Shown: positions 35,641 to 49,450 of the stretch, in pieces
How positions within the stretch are numbered: the first letter of the stretch is position 1
Layout of the letters: the number at the start of each line of letters is the position of its first letter
From: Lama glama
Taxonomy: Eukaryota
Assembly (NCBI GenBank): GCA_028534125.1
Contig: CM052816.1
Span: 93,250,001-93,314,000, forward strand
Length of the DNA stretch: 64,000 nucleotides
Direction: 5' to 3'
Translations under genes and position numbers: made by a program
Notes under the pieces: model-generated
Told to the model about the DNA's origin: nothing
The model's input: only the letters and a program-made list of their open reading frames with translations
Database searches by the model: none

Positions 35641-36689
35641 TATTTACGATTTATATTTACATTAAAACTGGTCAAATATTTCCATACAAGTTTTTTTTTA
35701 ATTGAAAAAAAAAGCCAAATATAAAAGTTCCTTAGCCAAGAGGAAATGCTTTATTTATTTATGTCTGCCAGACATTATTACTTTCTGGCTACTGTCATTA
35801 TATTCCCTTAGGTTCCCTTTTTACCCTCTTTTTTCTTCAACTTCCCCATAATTAGAGAAACATTTGATAAATTATCAGACCAACAAGCAAATCAATATGT
35901 TTTTACATTCTCTGCCAGGAGCAAAATTGGAGATAATATTCTCTATCTTCATGATTTCACACGAGCAGTGTGGAAGTGCCAGCACTCTGCAGAATCCTAA
36001 CGCATTTTGTCTCTTTTGTTTTGGAGATTTGGAGGCTCTCGGTCTACTCCTCTGAGAAATGTTGTTCCAGAAAGAACGAGATACCAAAAATGTCACAGGA
36101 TTTGGTCTCCTGTGGTGACAACAAAGATTTCTTTGTGGATAAATTCTGTGTGTGCGCGCGTGCGTGTGTGTGCATGTGTGAGCTGTCACATAATTGCATA
36201 GCTGCAATTTCACATAAATATCCAAGACCTCAATCTTAAATATTTAGGAGTATGGTTGATATCCTAAACTCTAACTTTCCTCTAATTGCTACTTATGATT
36301 GTTAACAGCTTTTACCCAGATCAGGACTTCCCAAAGGATCTTGTATGGAAACTAGTCCTTTACGATGTACATCTAGATGGAATTTCTGTATTCAGAAAGC
36401 TTGAGAGCTGAATTTTTTCTTGAAGAGTCACAATAGACATCAGCTTAGTGCAGGGTCTGTGATGTGTACAGCCATCTGTTTTAACTCAGAACTTCCCATA
36501 CTTATTTAACCATAAGAACGTTTTCCTTTAAGTCTATTAATTTGCTCCAGAAGGCAGTTTGGAGAATATTGATTAGACCCCTTTGGGCTTTTTATTTCTG
36601 CTTTGCCATAGATTGTACTAACCAGATTAACTAACCCCTTGAACTAACAAGATTACTATATGTATTAGAACTTGTATAAAAAAGTAATA

Positions 36690-36940
36690 ACAATAAGAGC
36701 TAATATTTCCTCAGGGTTACTATGTCCGACACATTATTCTGAGTGCCTTATAGGTGCTGGTTCATAGGATTTCATATTTCATAGGATTTCCACGAATCCT
36801 ATGAAATGGATGTTATGGCCACTCACGTTATATGGACGAGAAAACTAAAGCACAGAGAGGTAAAGTATCTTGTCTAAGGTCATACAACTGGTGATTAGTG
36901 AAACTGGAATTTGAGCCCAAGAAGGTAGGTTCAGAAGTCT
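36690..36940 (-). mobile_element. MIR SINE
   Basis: gagaaaactaaagcacagagaggtaaagtatcttgtctaaggtcatacaactgg...ggaatttgagccca. Confidence 0.8.
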
Positions 36941-39479
36941 GCAACTAGTACCATCCTTGGTGGCTTCCTTACTTCATCTTCTTTTACTGAACCCTCTGAA
37001 CCTGACCATGTGCAGTGCCTGGCAAAAGGCAGGCTTTTGTGGATGTTGGATGCTACATGAATCACCTAGATGTCTGTCTTTGATAAACAAGCCAACTTTC
37101 ATCCCATCTAGAGCATTTTTAACAGTGCAGTTACCTAAATGAGCTGAAACAGTGACGCTGCCCTTTCCTTGCCCTCTCCCAAGGCCAGCTTCAGTGGATA
37201 GTTAAGAAGGCAGAGCAGGAGTTATATTGTCATAAGAAGCCAGCACATGGTGGGCATCCTCAAATAATGTGTCAGAACACAGCTTGAAAAACATGCTATA
37301 GTCATGGGTCACAAAGCAAACACAGACATCACAAAACAGGCTGCCAGAGGATGACAAACATTTGAATATAAATTAAAAGAAGCTTTGCAGACACAGCATA
37401 ACAAAAAGCCCAATTAACAAACTAACCATATGCTGCTACCAGAATGGCTGGGCCAAGTGTAAAATACACACGCACATTAGACGCACAGAAATCTCAGATG
37501 GAACAGCTTCATCAGACAAACCAGAACCAGTGCCAAAGTGAGATGCTACAGGGATAGAAGATATTCTCCAGAGTCACTCTGAATGTCCCCCAGTAAAATA
37601 GCTGTTAAAGGTGTACACACTTTGCAACACTGAACAATTAGCCATAGAGACTAAAGCAGAACTGTAAGATGTTGGTTCTACTTTATCTTTTCTTCCACAT
37701 CGAATTACCACAGACCTTGATTTATTTAGCAATATTTTAAGGGTATTATATTATGCTAAATGTGTGGTTTTTGCAGGAAGGTCTGAGTATCAGTTACTAC
37801 ATATGGAAACGAGGGCAGTAATACCCACTTCTTCATACTTTTGTTGGGATTAAAACTGAAGATATATGTAAAAGACATAGCACAGTATTTTGCACAGTGT
37901 AAACATATACTCCATAAATAAGAGCCATTATTATTTACTTAAAGCTGTACATATTCCAGGATGCAAATTGGAATCTACATTTAACTTTGGTTTAACCAAA
38001 TAGAAGAGAATTCCTTCTTGGAGAATTCCGTGCCTGGCACTGTATTATTGCAATAATAGTGACAGTGGTAAGTCATAAACATTGTTCATTTGCTCCTTCA
38101 TTTGTTTATTCTTCCATTCATTCCTTCAGCAGTTGCTGAACATCATTTAAGCTCATGTGAACTGTCCTAGGTGCTGAAGATAAAAAGCTGCTTGAGACAC
38201 AACATCCACCTGAAAGATACTCCTAGGCTAGAAGGGAAGATGGCCAGAAAGGAACATGATTGTAATAAACATGGTAAGTACTAAAATAGATGCACGTCTT
38301 GAACATTACGAGAGGGCTATTGATTTTATCTGGGGTTTACTGAAGAGTCATCTGAACTTAGATATTGAAGGATCGGTAGTGAATTCAGGAGGAAATAGGG
38401 ATTTGGAGATATGTTAATCTGCTTACCCCATTTATTGAAACTACATTGGAAGAATGATAGACAACTGTTTTCTAGGATTATTCAACTTACCTCTAATTAC
38501 CCCACAAGGGAAGGAAGAATTTTCTAACTTTTTTAGCTTATACCCTCCCTCACCACCCACCCCAGCCTCCACAGTTTTAAAAATGTAGTTGTTTAAGAAA
38601 GAGTTTGTGCTTTGGGAATTTTCTAGACTTGAGCATGAATTTCCTTGATCCTGTCTAGTTATGAGATTTAGTGATGTTATTTAACTTTTTTGAGCTTCAA
38701 TTTTTATGAGTAAAATTGGACATTATATATAACTTATTAGGTACAGACAGTATGTGGCTACAATTAGATGAAACTCAAGAAATTGTGAAAAAAAGTGATA
38801 AATTATTCTTGGAGAGTTATGAAATTAATATATATAACATCGAAGTGCACCATCCTATTAAGAAACCGAAAGCAGGGATTTTCAAGAGGGAGTCATCCCA
38901 CTCAGGACACATTTCAGAATGATATGTGGTGGCTGTGAGGTTTTTCTAAGCTTCCTATACTTCCCATCCTTCTATTAAAAAGCCTTCCAATCCTTTTTAG
39001 AAAGTATTATGATGATAAGCCACTACTTCTCACAGAAGTGGGTCATACTTCAAGAAACTTTGGGAAGAAGAAAAGAAAGGGAAAGTTTCTGAGTTCAGGA
39101 AAGAATATGTCCATTGGTGAGGGAGGTGGTCTGTTATGGTCTATTCATAGAAAAATGAGAGCCATTACATCAAAGATGAGCAGTGTCCATCCTAGACCTT
39201 AAAAGAGAAGTGCTCACCATAGTCAGGTGAATATCCAGTCTGCTTTATGGTGACATTTGCTCCAGCGAATTGATGTGTTCTTGTTAGTGTTTTATTTAGT
39301 CTTTTAGAAGTGAGCAGACTCAGTCTGATTGGCTGTTGAGCACTGACTCAGTCACATTTCAGAACTATCAAGATGGCAGGCAAGGAACCTGCACTGTGGA
39401 TAATTCACCCAGGCAGGTACCACATGTTAGTTTCTGCCTGGATGCTCATGCAGTCTTCCCATGTCACCTGCAATTTGCA

Positions 39480-40720
39480 CATGCCTACTTTGACATCTCC
39501 ACTGGTATGTCAAAAAAACTTCTTAAATACAATATGTTTGAAACCAAACTCTTGGTTTTCTGCTCCCATGTCAAGCCTTCTAGCCCATGTTCTCTAATTT
39601 AGTAAATAGAAACTCAGTTCTTATAGCTGCTTGGGCAAAAGATCTGCTGCCATCCGGGTCCCTTTTTTAACTCTTACACTTTCTGGGGGACATAACCTAG
39701 GGTGCTCCCCATGATTTCTGCCCCCTCATATCCATACCCTTGTGCCATTCCTTCCCCTTGAGTGTGAGTGGGCCCCATGATGTGCTTCTACAGAACATGG
39801 CATACATAGTGCATGGGACATAATTCCCGTGATTATGTTATGCTATATGTAAAAACAGAGAGATAAGATCCCTGATAAATTGACTCTGAGTTTAATCCAA
39901 GGGTAGATAATCCTGGGTATCCCAGACCTGGTCATGGCCCATTATTATAGCCTATTATTAGAGGACCTAGACATTCCCTGAAGATGGAGAATTCAAATAG
40001 CCAACATTCTATCTCTGTTGCTGGCTCTGGACAAGCAAATTGCTGTGAGTTCTACAGCTGCGAGGAAAGTAATTCTGTCCACATTTCGAGGAGGCTGTAA
40101 ACTAGATCCTTCCTTCTTGAACTTTCAGATGGGGGTGCATCCTAAGTGACACTTGATTTCAGCTTTGTGAGGCTCTGAAGGCAGAACTTGGATGAGCCAT
40201 GCCTGGAATCTCGACGCACAGAGACTGCAAGATAACAAATGGCTGTTGTCTCGAGCTGATACTTTTGTGGTAAATTGTGCAGCAATAGAAAACGAATGTA
40301 CACATCACGTCCAATCCATTAGCAAATCCTGACAGTTACCTTCTCAATGTACCCAGAATCTCATCACTTCTTTATACTCTTAGCTCTTCTTCTCTAATCA
40401 AAGCCACCAATATTTATTGCTCGGATAATTGTAACAGATTGCTAGATGATCTTCCTTCTTCTACCCTCACATTTCAACTGTTTTTCTCTTTTCCTCCGAC
40501 TAGCAGCCAGAGTCACTCTTCTACAACACAAATCATGTTATGCCCTTCCCCTGTTCAAAATCTGCAAATGATTGCCACACTGTTGGCTTCACCAAGATCC
40601 CCACCTCCCCCTGCAAGGCTTTATATGATCTTACCGCCGGCTACCACTCTGACCTCACCTCCTAAAACTCTCCCTTGTTTCTGTTTGTAACGCCACACTG
40701 GCCCCCTGTTTCTTAACTAT
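39480..40720 (+). mobile_element. L2 fragment split by an MLT1E-type LTR
   Basis: gacatctccactggtatgtc...aaaccaaactc on the left and ccaatccattagcaaatcctg...ccagaatc on the right. Confidence 0.6.
39682..40300 (+). mobile_element. MaLR LTR (MLT1E-like)
   Basis: cccttgagtgtgagtggg...gtgattatgtta...ctacagctgcgaggaaag...gacacttgatttcagctttgtgag...gcagcaatagaaaacgaat. Confidence 0.78.
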
Positions 40721-41029
40721 AGCAAGGCCATTTGTATTGGCACAAGTGTGATTCTTTATAACTCTGCATCAGTAAGTAATCTCTTTGTACTGACTCTGAC
40801 TTTCAAAGGAAAAATATTTAAGGACACATACATGTGAAAACATATTAAAGAATTTTAGTCTGGCTTTTTTTTTTTAAAGGCTTCATGGAACCAGTAAACG
40901 TACATGTTAAACTGAGTATTCAGACTTTATTGTAATGACATAGTGAGAAGCAAATAAAACATGAACAGCCATACCTATAAACGTTATGGGAAATGATGTT
41001 GAACCGATTTCTTAGAATTGCTGTCCTTT

Positions 41030-41170
41030 ACTTTCTTCATCTGTAAAAATGGAGATTATGACAATACCAACTGATTGAATTGTTGTGGGGAATAAATGAT
41101 TTAATTCATGTGGCGTGCTCAGACCAGTGTCTGGTATAAGGCAAACATTCAAAAAACCTCATTAGCTCTT
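41030..41170 (+). mobile_element. MIR fragment
   Basis: ttcttcatctgtaaaaatggagattatgacaatacc...ttgttgtggggaataaatga. Confidence 0.7.
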
Positions 41171-44100
41171 TAAATTATTATTAATTAGGGTTAGAAGTAA
41201 TATCAATCAAGAGAACAGAATCACTGAAAATATGCTGAGAGTGAGGTGCTTGCTGTAGCAGTTACCGTGCACACAAGTAGGAAGAAATGAGCAAGTGAAG
41301 GGCTGGATGAAGGAGGCAGAGACGGGCAAGGACCAAGACATTATGTATAAAGGGTTAATTTGAGCTGGCATTTTCCAGATGGTTTCCAGGGACAGAAAAA
41401 GTGTAGCTTTTCCTGCTGACTTTGCCAAAGTCCACGGGGTGATAAAGCCGGCAGCTACATACCTACACTGTGTTTGATCTTCAGCACTGCTGCTCACATG
41501 GAGCCTGAGGACTGAGGAGAAGTGGATGCTCACAGCCTTGGTGCCCTGCACAAGTTGACCTGGTTTCTGAGCCGTCTGGGCAGCGTGCTGCCAGAAATAC
41601 CCTTTCTGCCCATATCTGGGCACAGTGGCGCAGTGGGTCCGGCTAGAGAGAAAGGCACAGGTAGTCAGCTCGAGGGGCCGGGGGATTATGCAGCCTCGTC
41701 AGCAGCAAGCATGTATTTTGTCCTGCTCTGTACTCGCCATGTGGGCTCATGTTCTCCCTGTCTGGCCCCCTCCTGCCAGCTCTGCCCCTGCAGGCTGACT
41801 CCCTCCTTGCCTCATGCTTCTGCTTATTCATATATTCTGTTGCCCCATGCCTTCTATTTACTATCTTTCCCATGCTTGTTCCATCTAAATTGTACCCCAG
41901 CTGCCACTAGATTCTTCTGATATATCTCATTCTTCTTGCCCAAGAGGCTTCTTCCCCGCTTGGTTTAGTTAATTACAGTCATACCTTTAGAGGAAAGATT
42001 TTTGCATTAGGCCACCTCACCGGTCTCTCATCAGCCTATACGTTGCCTGTCCTTGCACCAGGCTCCCTGGCCTGGTCAAACCCACTGTGGCCTGGGTCCA
42101 ACGCATGGGATCCACATGCAAATGGCCCTTCAGAAGGGGCCTGTGTGAGTGACAGTGGTTAGGGTTCCCTCAGGACAGGCGGTGTGGTTAGCAATTTCTA
42201 TACTATACATACTTCAGAAAACATGGGAAATGCCAGGTACTGTACAAAACACCTTATATGCATTATTTAATGTGATATTCAAACCAAATGTGTGATGCAA
42301 ATTTTATTAAAATGTTCATTTTTCTTCTGAGGCAGAACTGAGCCTTACAGAGGCTGAGGTCACATAGCTGGTACTGGTGGAACTAGCACTTGAATGCTGG
42401 CAATTGGCCTCGGTAATACCCTCTGCTAATCTGAGCATGCCTCGTAGAAGCATGATTTTGACTGTCTTTTAAGTCTGATATCATTAAATGTCTAAGATGG
42501 TTATAGTATGTGAGAGCAGCTGAAAGCAGATGAGGGAACATCATACCTTTAATAAAGTCCTTCACTGGGGCAAATAAAGCATTTGGGGCTATCAGTAAAT
42601 TATTCTAGCATGCAATCCACGAACTCAAAAAGAGTCCACTAAAATCGAACCACCGCCCTCTTGGGTACCTAAGTAAATGTCTTTACTTGCTATTCTTAAT
42701 TTTAATTTGAAAGTTTGAAAAAAGGAATGTAGCCTCTCAGAAGCCTCTTGCTGTAAGTAATTTTAAGAATCGCTCACTTTTCCTTCATAAAGAAACGGCT
42801 ATCATATTATTATTATATGTCATATATCTGAATTGGAATTTTATTTGTTGGTTCCACGGTATATCATAGCACATATCTTCAGAGGGCAACACAGCATGGC
42901 AGCTCCATACGAGCGAGGAAGTGCTGGGGGTTTAATGACAAAAGGAAGACAACGTTATGTATACGTAAATCCCATTTATCTTTTTTTCCTTAAAAAATAT
43001 TTTTCATGTTTTTCTTCCATTGGCTCCCAGTCCTCTAGGCGGTCACTTGTTATACATGACTTGAATTATTCTACTGCAGAGGGAATGCTTTATCACGTTA
43101 AGAAAACCAAATGTTAGAAAAGACTTTCTTTCATTGCTATTTGGATGTACTTATCCTCCAATAATTAGCCACCCCTCCAGACAAGGATTTCAAAATGAGA
43201 GTTATGATTTGCCAGAGCATTTCACAGATCCAGCCATCAGTGTTCACCCAGCTGAAACTACAAGACTAAAAATAATCCAATTAAGTAACAACACTATATT
43301 TTGAATCAGTGCTGAACAGATGGTAAAGTATCCTCCATTCATCATTAATTAATGTTCATTTAGCGCCCACAGAGAATGACTCTGGGTTACTGCTTCCTGA
43401 AGACAGAAACGGAGCTTCGCCTGCATTGCAAGGTTGTACGTTCTTATTGAAAACCACCTTACAGGATCTGCAATAGTTTTGTAAAATAAATCACCTTTGG
43501 AAGTGGGAACAGAAAGGGCTTCAATGGATTTTATGACCTCAACAGATGATTTAAAAAATAAAGAGTCTAGAAACTATGAATTTTCTTATTTTAGAAGAAC
43601 TTAAAATTGTAAATATATCTGCCTCCTTTCTCTACTCAACATGCGAGCAGAGATGCTGCGTAGTTTTCTCCTCTTTTGACATTGCCTCTACATTTTTTAT
43701 TTATAAATACTTAGTTATAGCTTGTATCTATTTTTCCTCTCTTGACCTCTGTGTAATATTGCCACACATATTTGTGAATGATATTTGAGGTTGGCAAAAT
43801 GATGTTGAATCATAGCGATCTCTCCTGAGGATTTCTGGACACCCGTGTTTCAGAGGATATCAATTTGGTTTATGCTTTGTGGAATGGTTTGTCATCATGG
43901 AAATATTTTTCTCTGTCCTAATAACTAAAGAAGATTCCATGCCTCTCTGCATGTTAAATATGAGAGAACTAATTCCTTATTTTACCAGTGGATCTTTTCT
44001 TGGGTTAATTTTCTGTCCTAACTGAAACAGACGGTCAGAGCCACGTAGGACCTTACAGTGATCTGCAAGGGCCCTGTTGGATCTGATTCCCTCTTTCACT

Positions 44101-45104
44101 CTGACCCCCAATATTGGTCTGATCTTGTGTCCTACCATTCTCTCCCATACGCAGTCTAACTCAGCCCCATGGCCTCTTTGCTGTGAATATCAGGTACACT
44201 CCAGCCTCCAGAATTTTGTGCTTACTGCTCCTCCTGCCTAAAATACTGTTACCTCAAGTGTCTGTCTGGCAAGTTCTTTTACGTCCTCCAGACTGTTAAT
44301 CAAAAATCCCCTTGGTGTTCAAAAAAAAAAAAAAAAAGGAATTATAAAGAGCCTGGTTGGAGCAGGCTCTGGTTTTCTCTCAAGTCTGCAGTATAAAATA
44401 AATTATCAGCTATTCAACTTGCATGGATTAATATCATGACCTCTTAAATGGCTGAGGATGAGGAAAATTTTCTGTAGTAGATTATTCATATTACACAGAA
44501 ATCACTAAAACCAGAGCTGTTAAATTCTGCATCTCCAAACCATTTGCTGAAGCATCTACCTGTTTTCTGTTGGAAAGACATCGTGTGGTTCTGATTCTAC
44601 GGGAGCTATGCCACAACTGTATAGGTTGGAGGTAACTGGTAGCAACGCAAAGTGATTCTTCTCTATTGATGTGCTGGTGAATTCTGTACTTCTAATGTTA
44701 GGTTCTTGAACTGGTTGGGGCACCTCATGTTTCCTCATTAATGAGTAAAATAAAATCTGTGATGTGACTTCATTTGTATACCTGTATGAGAATCACGACT
44801 TTATCTTAATCATTCTCTCTTTTTAAAAAATTATCTTTTGACCAGGTTTTTCTTGGCTGTAACAATGCAGGGCAGGTGTTTGTCTTCCAAGGTGTCCCTT
44901 TCTGACTTTGCTGGTGGCGGCGGCAGAAGCTGTCACTCCTTCATCTTCATAATTTTATTTTAACTGCATTATTTAAAAGTTACAGATCCTTGACATTTGG
45001 AACATGCAGTTAAAAATGCCTTGTGATTTTTCTGCAGTGCTATACAGTTTTCCCAACCATTTTCTTTTGGTTGGCTTATCTCAGCAGAAAATTAAGAGGG
45101 TAAG

Positions 45105-45440
45105 TGTCTTAGCTCTGGCTGCAAACTACCAATAGACTGGCGGCTTACACAGCAAGTATTTATTTATTACAGTTTTAGAGGCTGCAAGTATGAGATCACG
45201 GTGCCAGCTTGTAATGAGGGCCACCTTCCTGGCTCGTAGGCAGCCACCTTCTTGCTGCTTCCGCATAAGGCTGAGAGAGAGCCATTGTCTCTATCTCCTT
45301 CTATGGGTATCAGTCCTACCATGGGGGCTCCACCTGCATGACCTCATCCAAGTCCAATTTCCTCCCAAAAGCCCCACTTCCAAACACTGCCACACTGGAG
45401 ATTAGGGCCCCAGTCTAATTTTGGAGGGACATATTCTTTG
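45105..45440 (-). mobile_element. MaLR LTR (MLT1A-like)
   Basis: tgtcttag...acagttttagaggctgcaagtatgagatcacggtgccagc...catgacctcatcc...ttttggagggaca. Confidence 0.8.
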
Positions 45441-45859
45441 AGGAAGCCAAGTACATCCATTGGGTATACATCTCATTCTCAAAGATCTCTGTAATTAGAG
45501 ACTTAAATTCCCCCTCGATCCAAGAGTAGTTTAGGAGATTTTTGGGTGTATTACAATAATTATTTAAAATAATTTTTGTCTTTTGAGTTTTCATATGTAT
45601 TTTTTAAAAATTACTAATATTGATGCCTTGTGAGTTAGAAACTGTTCTTTTGGAGGGAAAGTATTTTGAATTTCTTTACAATCATAAATATAATCACTTT
45701 AAGTTTTTAGCCAGATGAAAACCAGTATGTCATTGATAGTTTATAAAATATATTGTCACATATCTTAAGCATTTAAATACTGTTTCTCAAGGGCCCCATC
45801 TCTGCCTTATTGAATTAATCATTCCACATGTTTGCGTTCAGCTCTTTGTCTCTGTCTTT

Positions 45860-46269
45860 TCAGAGACTGATTGATTGGCTGATGTTTATCTGAAGGAACT
45901 GGCTTAAGTGATTATGGAGTTGGCAAGTCCAAAATCTGCAGGGGAGACAGGCCGGCTGGAAATTCAGGTAGAATTTATGTTGCAGTCTTTCGTCTAAAAT
46001 CTGCAAGGCAGGCTAGGGGTTTGGAAACTCAAGCAGGATTTCTATGTTACAGTTTTGGGTCAGAATTCCCTTTTCTGGGGAAACTTTAGTTTTTGCACAT
46101 AAGGCCTGCAATCAGTTGGTTGAGGGTTACTGCTTTACTTAAAGTCAATTGACTGTAATTATAAATCACTGTTATAAAAACACCTTCACAGTAACATCTA
46201 GACTAATGTCTGACCAAATAGGTGGGCACCAAAGCCTAGCCGGGCTGACACGTGAAATGACCCAGCACA
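45860..46269 (-). mobile_element. ERVL LTR (MLT2-type)
   Basis: gattatggagttggcaagtccaaaatctgcagg...caccttcacagtaacatctagactaatgtctgaccaaa...agcctagcc...cagcaca. Confidence 0.8.
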
Positions 46270-48933
46270 TCCCCCAGCTAGGGCAGAACCCCTCGTGAAA
46301 TGCCTTTTGACTATTTTACCTTCCATCCATTGAGAGCAGCATGTTAGGACGTTATGAACATCGTGCTTTCCTTTGCTGTGCACCACACATTGCTGATTTT
46401 ATGAATGTGACTTTATGGTGTTCTACGTGGATGTGATTCATCTCTGCTTCTTTGGTTGTTCTGCGATCTCAGTCAGCGAGCTGTGGTTCCTTTGGAGAGT
46501 CCTGTATTTCTTCTCTCTCTCCTCTTCTCACAGCCCTGCTTCACCGTGCCCGGTGCCTGGGGTGCTCCACGGCAATCCAGGCAAGGACCTGGCAAAATCA
46601 AGCCTTCGTTCGGCTTCCAGCCTGAGCTGTGGGCACCTGTCCAGCTTCATCAGGAATTTTGCTTCGTGAGGGTATTCGGCAGTGGCTTGCTGTTAATAAA
46701 GGACCTTTCATTCCCACTTTTTCTATCCATCAGCATCAGCGAAAAAGCCAAATGGAAGCGTTCTTAGCTGTCTGGAGTAAAATATCATCAAACACCACCA
46801 GACGGAACCTAGAATCCTAATGACCCACCTCGTTCCTGACTCCACGTAGGGCCCTTGTGTATGCAATTGATTATGTTCTTTTTCTTTTTAGTGTAGTGTG
46901 TGTAAAGCTCTTAGTGTAGTACTTTGAAGCATCACTAGAGCTTAATATTTTTTAAAAACAATTATTACTTTTTCCTTAAACAGAATAAATTAGAATATCA
47001 TTTACCTTTTGAAACAATGACTATGTACCATGTCCCTCATACAGTCCCTGTGCTGGAATCTGGGCTCTTTCAGTGCCTTAGCTGTTTCTAGTTGCCTGAG
47101 GACCACTCACTGAATGTGTGAAATCACTTGCACAAGGATGCCTCTAGAGAAGACTGAGGATTACGCGCCTTTAACAGCCAGTGTTGCTACTTTGCATTGG
47201 CTGCACCATTGATTGGACACTGCTAGACATTCCACTGTTTACCACACAAAATCCTTGCTTGTTAAACCAATGATCAACCAAGTTCAAATTACTTTGATGA
47301 CTTTAAGCAAGAGAAGAAAATAAAATAAAAATATGACACATAGGGGAAAAACATTAAGATTCTGAAATTCATGACCAAATATTTCATGGATACCAAGCTA
47401 TTTACAAGTTTGAAAATCATGATAATGAAAATTACGATGCTTTATGTTGATATAGAGCAATTTCTAACATTTGTTTTATTTTGTGGTTTTCACAATATCC
47501 TTATAACTATTGAACTATGTTACCTTACGTTTCTATTTTTGTGAATGTTTTCCTGTGGTATTTTATGTGAGTGAGGCTGATCTCTGCCACATTTATAAAT
47601 AAATGCTGGAAAGCAATGGGAAATACCTTTTAAAGAATTGACGTTAAAAGGGATAGTATAAATGTGAGGTTGCTATGTTTCTTTACTGATAGAATAAACC
47701 CAGATTCAAGATGAAACAATTGCTTTTCATCACTGAAGCATTTCAAACGAATCAGAAAGAACATGATTTCAAAATTTCTCAGGAAATGACAGATACTATC
47801 CTAAATAGGACCTGTATCTAACCAAAATATAAAGTGAGTTTAAATAAAAAGTTTATTGCCTGAGCCAATATGACCTCACTTACAAAAATAAGTTATAGTT
47901 TTCATGTGTGATTTAAGGTAACAAAGTTTAAGATATCTCATTTTATCAAGATGTGTGGTGAGACACGATGTCAGTAATAATGTTTTATGGTACAGTGAAA
48001 CATGTAAAGTCTTTCTTTCTTTTTTCCCTTTAATGTATTTGACAGCTCAAATCAAGCAACTTTTGGTGAAGGTTTGGGGTAAATGTATCCATAATAGCCG
48101 TGGATGTTTGGATTCATCCTGGGATCATTCACTTTAATAAAAATGTTAACTTATCTTTGCATAATCCCTTAAAAAGTATTAAATGCTTCATGTACTTTGT
48201 CTGGCTTGGTGTGCAGAAGGATTCTAGAAGGTAGGCGTGGCATGTTTATATAGGACTGTGCAACATGGTGGCCAATGGTATAGACGTTGTTGCCAAAGTC
48301 CCTGGGCTTGAACCTTCACTTTGTCCTCATTCCTTTGCTATATGACCCCAACATCAGTGTCCTCACCTGTAACAGGAGGATGCTCACCTTGTCGGGGCAA
48401 GGACCGAGTGAGCGGATAGATGTGAGTTGCTCGAAGCGTCCCCTGGCTGTAGCAGGCATCACGCCAGCCCTGCTGCCCTCGTTTCACAGTGAGGAGCGCC
48501 ATGGTCAGAGGTTCCGTGCTCTTTCGAAGTTCATCTTCTCCTTTCCTTTTTAGAAAGTTAGTTCTTCTTTGTGAAACAAAGAGAAAGGGGCTGATTAGTG
48601 CAACAAAGAACAGTGAAAAATTAAAGAATTGTGCTGAAGTTTGTCATTTTTAGGAATCTTTTAAGAAAAGCTTTCTACCTTGTTTCCTTCTGGAACAATT
48701 TGACTTCTTAATGCCTTCAGGGGCATACAGTTACAAAACAGGTAATTAAATATGCTAGCAAAAAAGAAAGCAGGTTTTCATTTTCCATCCATGATATCAA
48801 AAGACTTTCCTTAATAATGGATAATTTCTGTGATGACAAGGGCATTTAATACATTTAGATACATTTCTAATATTTTATTCCTTTGGAGGCTGCTAGTTGA
48901 TATTTATCATATAAACTAGTCATATATATGTAC

Positions 48934-48973
<40 letters not shown>

Positions 48974-48999
48974 TTTATTTCAACTCAGGTATATACGGA

Positions 49000-49285
49000 G
49001 TATTATATAGACTAAATGTTTGTTTTCCTTCAAAATTCATATGCTGAAATCCTAACCTCCAATGTAGCATTAGGAGGTTGGGCTCTGCCTTTATAAAGAA
49101 GACCTTACAGAGCATCCTTGCCCCTCTGTCATGTGAGAACATAGCGACTCATGAATCTGAGCCAGGAATCCATTTCTCATCAGACACCAAATCTGTTGAT
49201 GCTTTGATCTTGGACTTCTAGCTTCCAGAATTGTGAGAAATAAGTGTTTGTTATTTAAGTCATCTGCTCTGTAATAGTTTGTTAT
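49000..49285 (+). mobile_element. MaLR LTR (MLT1A0-like)
   Basis: aaaattcatatgctgaaatcctaacc...ttgatcttggacttctagcttccagaattgtgagaaataa...tttgttatagca. Confidence 0.8.
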
Positions 49286-49307
49286 AGCATCTCAAACGGA
49301 TGCTATA

Positions 49308-49450
49308 ATTTTTTTTTTTATTGAAGTATAGTTGATTTACAATGTTGCATTAATTTCTGGTATACCGCATAGTGATTCAGTAGTACATACATACATACAT
49401 ACATATTCCTTTTCATATTCTTTATCATTATAGGCTATTATAAAGTATAG
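49308..49450 (-). mobile_element. Short L1 3'-end fragment
   Basis: T-tract followed by attgaagtatagttgatttacaatgttg...catagtgattcag. Confidence 0.8.
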
